From Octopus vulgaris (lineage: Eukaryota), in assembly GCA_951406725.2 (NCBI GenBank), contig OX597822.1, forward strand, positions 36,952,001 through 37,016,000: a stretch of DNA of 64,000 nt, written 5' to 3'. The number at the start of each line of letters is the position of its first letter. The stretch's first letter is position 1. Under the pieces are notes generated by a model that made no database searches, was not told where the DNA came from, and saw nothing but the letters and a program-made list of their open reading frames with translations. Of the stretch, positions 15,446 through 27,855 are shown one piece after another. A program made the translations under genes and the position numbers.

Positions 15446-18400
15446 CCCCCACTGGATGGGCTGCTGTTTCATCACAGGATTATTCATTTTTACCAGCTGA
15501 GTGGACTGGAATAATATGAAATGAAGAGCTTTGCTCAAGAATACAACACATTGCCCAGACCAGGAATTGAGACCACAACCATTAAGCCATGCAACTCCAC
15601 ACAAACATATATATAATATAACCATCATTGTTTTAATGTTTCCTTTTTGAAGAATGGAAAAGCAGATGTTAAAAGAAGACAAGAGTAACTTAGTGTAGGT
15701 TCTTCTTCAACTGCTAGATGAGCTTCTTGATGCTGATCCACACTGGTTTCCAAGTGCAATAAAAATCTCCCAGGATATCAAACAACAAACATCCCAGACA
15801 TATTTACATAGAAAACTGGAAACAAATTGACACTGTATGAATGAGTCTTTTGTTTACAAAGTCTGCACATGTCATGACACCTGCACATGTTTTCACAGTG
15901 GACTGCAAGCAAACGACACTATCCGACACCACAAATGATTTACAGCCCATGAACATCTGTAAAGATGAAGGATACACAGACACACACACATGTACGTACG
16001 TACATACATACATACATACAGTGCCAGTGACACGTATATACGTGTCACTGTATGTATGTACTTACGTGTGTATCCTTCATACATACATACATACACATAC
16101 ACACATACATACAAATACAGTAGGCTTCTTTCAGTTTCTGTCAATCAAATCCATTCACAAGGCTTTGAGAGAAGAAAATTGCCTAAGAAGCCATACAGTA
16201 AGACTAAACCTGAAACCACATGGTGAGGAAGCAATATAAGAAGTTTGCATCTCGATCATGCCAGTGACACATAAAAGGCACCTGTGCTGGTGACACTTAA
16301 ATGGTACCCATGCCAGTGACATGTAGGAAGCACTTGTGCCAATGACACATAGAAGGGACCCTGTACACTCTGTGGAGTGCTTGGTGTTAGGAACGGCATC
16401 CAGCTGTAGAGATCAAGCCAAAACAGACAAGAGCATGGTGCAGCTCTTTGGCTTACCAGTCCCAGCCAAACCGTCTAACTCATGCCAGGATGAAAAACAC
16501 ACTAAATGATGATGATTATATATGTACACACACATACAAACACGTATATACAAACATATACATATATTTGCATACATACATACGAAAAAACAAACAAACA
16601 AACATACATGTGTACATATGGACAAATGTACATACTTACACACACACAAAATGCACACATAAAAATCACATCCATCAAGCACACAGACACAGAGTCATAA
16701 GACAGAAAGACATATGAAGAGCAGAGTGAAGTAGTGAACCTACCTCAACAAATTTCTGTCTAATATTATGCTGGTTGCATCTGAGGCCTGCAAGGAAGGC
16801 TTGTTCTAGCTTAGAGGTGAGTTCACTGCCAGCCAAACTCTCATCTCTGAAAGGAAACATATCAATGTGACATTATACTGGGAATACTTATTTAAAACAC
16901 CACATTTCCCCTCAAATCATACCCTGCAGTCTTAAGTATGGATAGGAGATATTGGATGGGATGTGAGAGAATATAGTCCTTCTGTTCTCCTAATGTCATG
17001 TGGTAGGAAGGTGTCACAGATTAGAGAAACTAGAAATACTGTACACTGGTAGAATGGATCAATAGGAGAGACAGGGGGAAGGGGTGAAAGAGAGGAGAAA
17101 AAAGAAATGTGAGGGGGGATAGGGGGAGAGAGGAAGAGGGGAGAAAAGAGGGAGGGGAGGGGTGAGAAAGAGGGGGAGGGGAGGGGGAGAGGGGACGTGG
17201 AAAGAGGAGAGAGGAAGAAGAGAGAGGGAAGGATAGAAAGAGGAAAAAGCAAGTAGATGGACAGGTATATTAAATGAGTACATAGCTACCTGTAGATGTG
17301 GTTAACCAATTCCAGGAATTGTGCATTTAGTTCGACATCTTCAGGAAATCTGCGCTCAACATGAACCATCAGCTTGCACAAGAGAATGGCCTTTTCTCGT
17401 ATTGATGGAGACTGGTTGATAGCAATGGGTGTCTGGAAGTAAAAGACAAGAGAATGAAGCAAAGAAGAGAACAGGGTAGGGAAATATATGTTACAAGTGT
17501 AAGAGATTTAACTTTGAAAAAGATTGTTGAGTATCAGAGATAAGGTGACCCAGGAGAAGCTAGACCAACGGTGAAGGCCAATATTCCAGATGCAGGCAAT
17601 ATAGAAAAACTGATGAAGACTTCCATGGGTCAAGGTTCATTATATGTCTGCACAGGTACATGCAGACTGGGGTGTGATCTTTTCTGTAATCCTTTGCCTG
17701 TCCAAAGCATTTTCCAAAGTTAGTCCTAAACATCCATGTTTGTTTTTAGACTTTTAATTAGCCCTTTCTTTCATAAGTCCCAGATTACTCTGGTGGTTTA
17801 AACAAAAATCATGAGTGTGCATTATACATGCGGCATGGATACCAGGAAAAATGTACTGCGTATCACAATTGATACACAGGTATTAAAGCGAGTGTGAGGC
17901 ATGGATGCATATGTCACATTAGAAGTGGTACATGAAATGATAACAAACACAATAAAGTGATGTTGGGGATACCAACCGTTACATAGACACAACGTATAAT
18001 ATACATCCACTGATATTTAAAGGTAGCCAAACACATCAGTAGAATTACACACACACACAAGTACATTATCTTGCATGTACACACATGAACCCTATCTCTC
18101 TTTCACACTCACATATGCAAAAGACTCACCCTCTTTCATTTATACTCACATGCACAGCAGACGCTCTCTCATGTTCAACAAACTATCTCCCTACAAAGCA
18201 GAATAGCTCTCTCTCTCTCTTTCACACACATACACTACAAACCTTATCCATTTTTTACCCATATGAATTTACACATACATAAACACATGCACACACTAAG
18301 ACATAAAGAGACAAAAAAACGTATGACATGATATCCACAAGCAGCAGCAATAGTGGCCTTACCTTTGTTTTAACCCAGTCTTCAACCATTTTAGTTATTG

Positions 18401-18588
18401 CTTTTACCACTTTCGGGTCTGAAGTCTTTTCTATGAGACATACCAAGATGTTGCCAATGAAACTCTTACGCATTTCAATACTGAGAACCCCGACTCTGTT
18501 CTTGACCAAATCTAGACTGAGGATGAGTAATTCACTGGCAGCTGTGTACACAAGAGAGACATTAATGATCAACACAGATGTCAATGAA

Positions 18589-18643
<55 letters not shown>

Positions 18644-21600
18644 GTATGTATGTATATGTATGTATGTATATGTTTATATTTGTATGTTTGTATACATATG
18701 TATTTATTTACATGTACACACACACACACACACAGCATTCAAAATTAAACAAAAAGCAAAAGAGAAGGACAGGCATGAGAACAACAAATGAGGTTTGATG
18801 CTCAGAGAAAAATGGGAGACGTCTGACATTTTGAGCCTAAGCTCTTTAGGAAGGAATGAGGAGAGAAAATAGATGGAAAATGGGGGAGAGGGTAGAGAAA
18901 AAAGCCATGTGTGTATTTGTATATAAGTATGTATGTGTGTGTATAGTACATATGTACATACATACATATATATATGACAGCTTTCTATCAGTTCCTGTCA
19001 ACCACATCCACTCACAAGGCTTTGTGTGGCCCAGAGCCATAGTAGAAGACACTTGTCCAAGGTGCCAAGCAGAGGGACTGAACCTGGAACCATGCGGGTG
19101 GAAAGTAATTCTCTCAACTTCACAGCCGAGTCTGCACCTAGAAGTGTTGATACCATATTAAAAACATCCAGTATGCTATAAAGTGGTTAGCATTAGGAAG
19201 GGCATCCAGCCATAGAAATCATGGCAAAGCAGACACTGGAGTCCATTGCAGTCCTCTGATTCACCAGCCCTTGTCAAAATGTCCAACCCACATCAGTATC
19301 AAATGATGATGATGATACACATATACATCACTAATATCTCATTTTAGACATTTAGGTTGATAACAAAAAAATTACAAAAGATGTATGAGAACCGCTGACT
19401 CACCTGGATTCTGCTCATTGTTAGCTGTCAGGTGTTCACGAGCCATTTTTTGTAGTACTTTCATAAATAAGGCAATCAGTCGGTCTATATAGCAAGGGTT
19501 ATGCATGCATGCAGCCTTCAGAATCATCAAGGTTGGAAACAGTATGTTGTTAGAGTTCCCAGTTGACCTGTAGAGACATGAAAACAGTATTTGAGAGAGA
19601 GAGAGCCACAAATCTATGTCTGTTTGTCTGTATGTATGCATGCATATATGTATGTATGTATGTGGGTAGAGAGCATACAACACTCATAATCCTTCATGTT
19701 TGTATAATTTTTTCTTTCTTTGAGACAAACTTAGATTATCCTTAGCTGAGATTGAACTAGTGAAGGATTGTCGCCTCTCAAAATACCAAACCATAACTCC
19801 ATCGCAACAGACAGATCACTATCACCAATACAACTTCACACACTACTTCTGATCTAGGTGCACTATTGATACCTGTACCACCAACTGCACGAATTCTGAA
19901 CATCAATACTACACTATTCAGTCATGAAGGCATAATATCCCCAATGTCTACCCTAACACCAAGAATCTAAACATTAATTCCATACCATTCTGCTCACAAC
20001 ATTTAGATGTGAAGTGTTACTACCAACCCTGTCCTTACATTACACCTAGTTGTCACACTAACTGCACAAAATAGCAGCCAAAACTCCCTAAAATAGCACT
20101 CTACTATCTAATTAAAAGGTAAAATGCATTGGACAGCATAGTCTTAGATAGACTACATCTGCATAAAACAGGATGATCATGTGTGGAATATGACTGATCT
20201 AAGGTACTCAGAGTTTAACTGGGATTAAACAAGATCAAAGTAATGCCAAGAATTAACACCAGCCCCTCCCCTACCACCAAACCTGAATTCCATATATTAA
20301 TGATCCCACTGCATTCCCAATACAACAGTTAGAAATAAAGTGTAAAAGCTAACCCCATCCCTACCCTGCTACCAAACTGGCACCCCAGCGCCCAAGGATT
20401 AACCTGTCCACTCCACTCCACACACTGCAGCATTTTCTGGCAAACAAGTTGAATTTTCAAGACCAAAATTTACAGCCAAAAAATACAGGTCAACTGAGGA
20501 TCTGTGAAGCAAGATGAAATCATAGTTGTGGCCAATGAATTGTTCCATTTGATCCAATTCGTTACAGGTACAATTCATTCTTGCCAGCTGAGGGGACTCG
20601 AGCAGCATGAAATAAAGTGTCTTGCTCAAGGACACAACGTATCACCAGGTATTGAACTCATGACTTACGATCATGAGCCAAATAACCTAACCATTAAACC
20701 ATGCACCTTCACGATGAATACGCATGCATATACATGCATGCATACATTCACACACACACACACACATACATGACAGCTTTCTGTCCACCACATCCTCTCA
20801 GAAGGCTTTGGTTCGCCCAAAGCCATAGTGGAAGACACTTTTCCAAAGTGCTAAGCAGAGGGACTGAATGTGGAACCATGTGGGTGGGAAGTAAATGAAA
20901 TCATAGTTGTGTTACATAACTGGCACCTGTGCCAGTGACATATAAAAAGCACCCTTAGAATGTTGGATCTCATGGAGCCAATGATAAGTTGACCAAGACC
21001 TTTGGCGATATGCTGTGCTTGAGAAGACCCGTCAAGCCAAGTGAAATCATAGTCATGCTGGTATCACACCACTGGCACCCATTACATCCACCACAGGAAC
21101 CATGCCATATCAGACTTGAGCCTGGTGCAGCCCCTCCAGCTTGCCAGTTTCAATCACACCGTCCAACCCATACCAGCATGCCAGATGCTAAATGATGATG
21201 ATGAGGATTGTTTATTTTTAGAATAACATTGTAGGACAGGTGCGAGAGGCTGCATCTGTCCAATTTGAACATAAAACAAATAGAATACTCAAGCCAGATA
21301 TGGCCAGTTTAAATGATAAAGGGTTAAACATAGTTAACCCCTATACACCACACAAGAACCAACTAATAACAACAACAACAGCTGTTGTTACCACCACATC
21401 ATCATCATTATTTTTACATCATTACCATTTTATATCCTCTTTCCATACAGGCATGGATTAGACATGTCTTCATAATCCAAATCATTTATTGGGAACCACT
21501 GCTCTTAAACAGCCTGGTGCTCTTACATGTCATTTTGTTTTGGTTTCCATAGTTGCATACTCTTTGTGTCACCAACCGGTATAATTCATGCATTTCCCAT

Positions 21601-24600
21601 GGCACTAGCACAAAAGAGTGTGATAAGTCCTCAATGAAACATGAAAAAAGGTACTGCACAAATCTAAATGTAGATATCAATACATTCCTGGCACATACAA
21701 ACAAAAAATGTAATTAATTTTTTTTTAATAAAAAAAAAGGGAAAAAAACTCCAAAAACCCTAGTTAAGGATGTCTTACTTTTCGTAATTGTTGAGTCCAT
21801 CATAGACGACTTTACTGACGCATGCATACAGACACTCGAGCTCCTCGTATTTGGAAGGTACTGGGGCATTGGTTGGTTCTGTAGGGAAGATACTCATTAG
21901 ACGAGACAGCAAGGAGTGTACGGCACGGATTACCTTGGGGTTTGGACATGTCAGACAGGCAGCGATCCCTCGTTGTAGAGGTTTAAAACTAGCAAGGATG
22001 TTGTCTTTTTTCTGTAAGAAACACACAAACGGGTTGATTAGTAGATGAAGAGAAGTAAGAGAGTGAAGATGTGAAGTTTCATCTCATATCAGAGAATAGT
22101 GTGGTCAGTTATGGTAAAAAATGCATCGCAGGTATAGATGTATGGTAAAAGGCTTGCTTTCTAACCATATTGTTCTGGGTTCACTCCCACTGAATGAGTC
22201 CATAGGTAAATGTCTTCTACTATAGCTCCAGGCCAATCAAAGCCTTGCAAGTGGATTTGTGTTGTTGTATAGTGAAACTGTACACCCATCCCAGTAAAAA
22301 GTGGGAGTAGCCAGCCATTATAAATAGACCAGTTAGCTGGTCTATTTATAGAGAAGATTGAGAGTATGAGTAAGTCGTGTCTGTGTTGATATAGTAATTA
22401 TACTGTGATACTGAGTGGACATTATAATGATCCAATCCTTTTGAAGATACTAACACTGTATGACTGGAGATCATACAGTGCCAGATAGAACCATTCTATC
22501 GACGACTTTAGAATATAACAATATCTGTCAGAGCGACAGCCGTCATCAAAAGACAGATACAACACTGGCAAAAGACCACTTTACATCTATTTGGTAGACG
22601 GAAATTGAAAGAAGCCTATTTTATGTGTGTGTGTGTGTGTGTTTGTTTTTGTGACTATGTTTGCACTCCACCACCAATTTGAAAACCAGTGTTGGTGTAT
22701 TTACAACCCTGTAACTTAGCAGTTCAGCAAAAAGAGACCAACAGAACAAGTACCAGGCTTAAAAGAAAAAATAAGTACTGGGGCCGAATCAATCAACTAA
22801 AAATTCTTTAAGGTGGCCACAGTCTAATGACTGAAACCAGTAAAGGATAAAAGATACATGTATACAAGAACAAAAATACTCTTAAACATATAAAAAAAAG
22901 ACTAATTCCATGAGTCACAAGTCTTAATCAACCTGAAAACATTGAATGCAAAACCAAAGTTAAGCTCCTCATAATTTCAATGTCCACTTACTATGCACAC
23001 ATGGGTCAGATTGGAGTGTATCGAAGCAAATTTTCTCTGGCCAAATGCCCTCCCTATCACCAACCCTCACTTGTTTCCAAGCAAGGTAATATTTCCCTAT
23101 GGCCAGACATGTTTTCATAGAATATGGGAAATGAATGACATTGTTTGTATTGCAGTAATAACCATTTATGATTATCAAATGATATCAAGACAAGGAAACA
23201 CTATTACACACACACACACACACAAAATGGGCTTCTTTCAGTTTCCATCAACCAAATCCACTTACAAGACGTTGGTTGTTCTGGGGCTACAGTAGAAGGC
23301 ACTTACACAAGGTGCCATGCAGTGGGACTGAACCTAAAACTATATAATTGGGAGCCAAACAGCTTAACCATAAAACCACATCTGCATCTATCATAAATCA
23401 TGACAATCAGAAATGTTGAAACAAGTTCCATTTATACCAGATGAAATTATTGGTGGGAAGATGTTTAATATTGATGTCAGAACATATATTTTTACTACAG
23501 TATGTATTATGTGAGTGTATATGTTTGCATGCATGCACACATACACAAACATATGTTCATAACAAGGTTACATCTCTAATCAGCTGCCCACACCTACCTG
23601 ACCTTTTGCAGTAGGTCTAAATCTAAGAGAATATACAGTGTTCATACCGACAAGAAGCTAAAACAAGAGTTTGAAATATATTTGAAAGTTTCCCCAATGT
23701 ACAAAAAACCTTATATGGCGAAGAAATAACAATAAAGACTTGAAATTTTGATCTAACAGACAGCAGACATCAGGAATCAACCAGACCATCAAAAATTTAA
23801 ACTTACCATAATCCCTAACAGGAAGGTCAACAATTCTAATGCTGTACAGATATTGGTGATGCCAGACTGGTTTTCAACGGTCATCAGTAATTTGTCAAAC
23901 CAGGCAAGTTTTAGTTCAATGTTGGGCCATACATCTTTGTTCATGACAGTTTTCAGTAAGTTGATACATCGTCTTGAGAGGGCTTCTCCTTGAGTGGCCA
24001 AGGCAGTTGTAGATTCTGTCACCTGAAGAAATAAATGACAAAATTGTAATCAAAGTAAAAAAATTTTTTTTTTCTTTTTATTAAATATGATTTTGTCCCA
24101 AACAAAGCTTGAAACCAATGCAGAGACTAAGAGATTAGAAAAAAGGAAAAGAAGGGGCAAACAAATTCAAAAGATGTCAACTAATTGAAAGTTTAAAGGA
24201 CTGAATATCATAGACCAGAGGAAAACAAGATGAAGGTAGTGAGTTCCAGGGAGCAGCAGTTCAAGGAAAGATGCTAGAGGTTACTAAACCAGAGAGTATA
24301 ATATTACTTTGAAGATTAAGGTGGCAAGCTGGTAGAATCGTTAGCATGCCGAACAAAATGCTTTTCATCCTTTGCTTTTCATCCTTTTTGAGTCAATAAA
24401 ATAAGTACCAGTTGAACACTGGGGTCAATGTAATTGATTAACCCGCTTCTCCCAAATCTCTGGCCTTCAAACCAATATTACTTTGAAGATTCTTATAGTC
24501 AGTTATTGATATTTTTTGAAAGAGAGTTGAAAATATATTTTTCTTATTTTAAATGAAGTATAAGGAAAGGAAAAGAAATTGTAGCTGTAGACAATCTTTA

Positions 24601-27600
24601 ATTCATAATCCAGGTTGGTACAGATCCGACTTATATTGAATTCATATTGGATCTGTACCAATTGGATTATGAATTAAAGATTGTCTACAGCTACAATTTC
24701 TTTTCCTTTCCTTACACTTCATTTATTGTTTTTGCAAATACTGAATATATATTTTTTTATATATATTCTTTGCTTGGACTGTATTGGCGAACTTGGATGT
24801 TTGACATCCCTTTGAAGGATTTCAATCCTCACTTCTTAGACAGTCTGTCTCAAGATAGTGCTGCTTGTTCAAAGAAACTTCTATGCTGTCATAGAACCTG
24901 CTAGAAATAGCAGCAAAATTTCACTCAGATCATATCCGAACATCTTAAGGAAAATTGAATTAGGTATGTAATTCTAGAGACACTGTATAAATACAGAAAT
25001 GTCATGACTAAAACATTTTTGATCTCAGGTCAACTTGATCAAGATTGATATGGTACTAAACAACAACAGTCAAATTTGGATAACCTAAATTCTAAATAAA
25101 TCAGGAGTGAATTATAACTCTCTATAACCAACTGTTTTCCCCATAAAATTTGTAGCCTGTTGTCAATATTACAAAATCAAAAAGCTTCATCATTATTTTA
25201 ACATCTGTTTTCCCATGCTCGCATGGATTGGATGGAGTTTATTGAGGGAGATTTTTTTTACAGCTGGGGACCCTTTCTGTCACCAATCCTTACCTGGTAA
25301 GCAAGGTAATATTTCTCCATGCCAGACATGTTTTCACTGAATATCAATCAGAAGGAATGACATCTATTTTCAACAATTACATAATACCAAGACATGGAGA
25401 CGCAAACACTCACACACACATACAGATGTGTGTGTGTGTGAATACATATACACAGTGATCCATGTACATGATAATTATGCAAATGATCTATAAGCACAAT
25501 GGTATGATGGTGACTGAGAGGGTGACCAGGACAAAGTGGTCTGTGAATATAACAATGAAGTGGACCATTCCTATAGAGAATAGCAGCAGAATACCAACTT
25601 ACCTGGCAAGCTATTCGTAGAAGGAAGTTAACGACAGAATCACAGTATTGCTTATCAATCGGTTTATTCACATCGGTTTGATTACGCAGACTCTGAAATC
25701 AAGGGAGAAACATGAATAAAATTAATTAAATTATTTCGTTATGGAAACTTTAAAGCATAAATGGACAATAAGCCTTTCTACAATGAACTAATGTTACTCC
25801 TTAACAACTGTACAGCAGTATTTCAAAAACATATATATATATATATATATATATAGCTAAGTAGAACCTAATGAAAACCACCACAACTCAGAAAAACTTT
25901 GTGGCTGTTCAAGTCAATTAAAGAGCCTTTTCATTGTTGCTTGACCTGCTACAAAAAGCAGTCAGATCTCTCACAAACTTTAGTGTCCTTGAAAAAAGAA
26001 AAAAAGTGGAACACGTTAAACAATGTAGTTCCACATATATATAACTGGTACTCTGTCAGCTAGGATGATGTGTGTTCCAGTTGATCCAATCAATGGAACG
26101 GCCTGCTTGTGAAATTAACATGCAAGTGGTTGAGCACTCCACAGCCATGCATACCCTTAATGTAGTTCTCAGGGAGATTCAGCATGATACAGAATATGAC
26201 AAGGATGGCCCTATGAAACACAGGTACTACTCATTTTTGCCTGCTCAGTGAACTGGAGCAATGTGAAATAAAATGCCTTGCTGAAGGACACAACACGCCA
26301 CCAAGAATTGAACTCCCGATCTTGCAATCATGAACCGAATACCCTAACCACTAAGCTACACACCTTCATTCCACATATAGGAGACAGAGTGGCCATGGCT
26401 GGAATACTTTTGATCACACAGTTACTCATTTAGAGGTTTCCTGGCCCCATAACTGGAGAAAAAATAAATTTACTAAATATTTTAGATTTAACCCTTTTGC
26501 ATACAGATTACTCTGTCAAATATAATATTTATTTATTCACATTGTTTTGAATTAATCATACATTATCTCAAAACTTTGAGATTTTGATGATGTGATTTTT
26601 TATTTCTGGAATGACATTGCAGGGTATATGTGAGAGGCCTGATTTGGTCAATCCGAATATAAAACTGGTAGAAAATCTGGGCCAGATATGGCTAGCTTAA
26701 TTGCTAAAGGGTTAATAATGTCTTATCATGGATAATTGTAATGCACCAACTGCCATCAACTTTTAATTTTTCTGCAATCAGGACTTATTAAAGCTGAAAT
26801 ACTAAACCAGTTGAACTCTTTCTTCTGTTTTGTAGTAGCTTTCTTTATTTCTTTTTATACAAGCTGTTTTATTCTTTTGCTTCAGTTAAACTTGCCACGT
26901 GCAAAATATCCAAAAAGTAGTTTAGAAAACCAAACCCAAATTTGGAGAGTAAGTTTCATTTGAATTCACAATCCTGAGATCAAATCTTCTCCAGAAACAA
27001 ACAAGAACAAGGAGTTAAATATGCAGAGCGTAACAACCCACCTTGTTGCGAGTTCTGGGACCAGCTGGTTCTAGCTGACAGCAGCCAGTAAGGGAACTGT
27101 GTCCAGGGTTATAGACAAGGGTTACCACAGCAAGAGGTGAATATAAGAACAGTGATTAATTACTGACTGGCAATCCAATTGTATCATTAAAAATGTAAGA
27201 GCACTTGGCAGTGGTTCTTGACAGTCTAAGGTTTTGGCAGTGTAAGTTCTACACTATAAGAACTGGTAGAGAAGTGGCACCACTCTAGCTTATTTATCAC
27301 TGTTTATTATTATTCACCATGTCCACTTTCCTATGCTCACATTGGTTGGCTGGAATCTGCATAAACAGGTTTTCTATGGCTGGATGCTTTTCCTGTTGCC
27401 AACCTTCACACATATCCAAGTGAAGTAATATCGTTCCATGGCCAAACATGTTTTCATAGAAGATTGAATACAAAAGACCCTTTATGCATGATGGTGACCC
27501 ATTTACAACTATAATGCAATGTTATGGAAAGTAGACAACAACACACATACATATATGATGGGCTTCTTTCAGTTTCTGTCTACCAGATCCACTCACAAGA

Positions 27601-27811
27601 CTTCAGTCAGCCAGGGGCTATAATAGAAGACGCTAACCCATGGTGACATGCAATGGGACTGAACCCAAACCATGTGGTTGGGAAGCAAGCTTTTAACTAC
27701 ACACCACATCTGTCCCTAATACTAAAATACCTGCGTCAATGATCCATAGAAACAAGCAGTGACAGACAGTAGAAAATACATATAAAAGCTCTAGATCATA
27801 TGACTCAATGA

Positions 27812-27855
<44 letters not shown>

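Noticed and set aside
15204-16717. Many short ORFs rich in YI, HT or CV
   Set aside because: Products of (AT)n, (AC)n and (ATAC)n microsatellites.
18328-18798. 156-aa + strand ORF (likewise 21851-22048 and 43926-44132)
   Set aside because: Antisense shadows of TRRAP exons extended into microsatellite or intron.
27722-27780. Donor-like GCAG|gtattt in the w30-w31 intron
   Set aside because: No plausible TRRAP-like exon upstream, and extension of w30 hits a stop.
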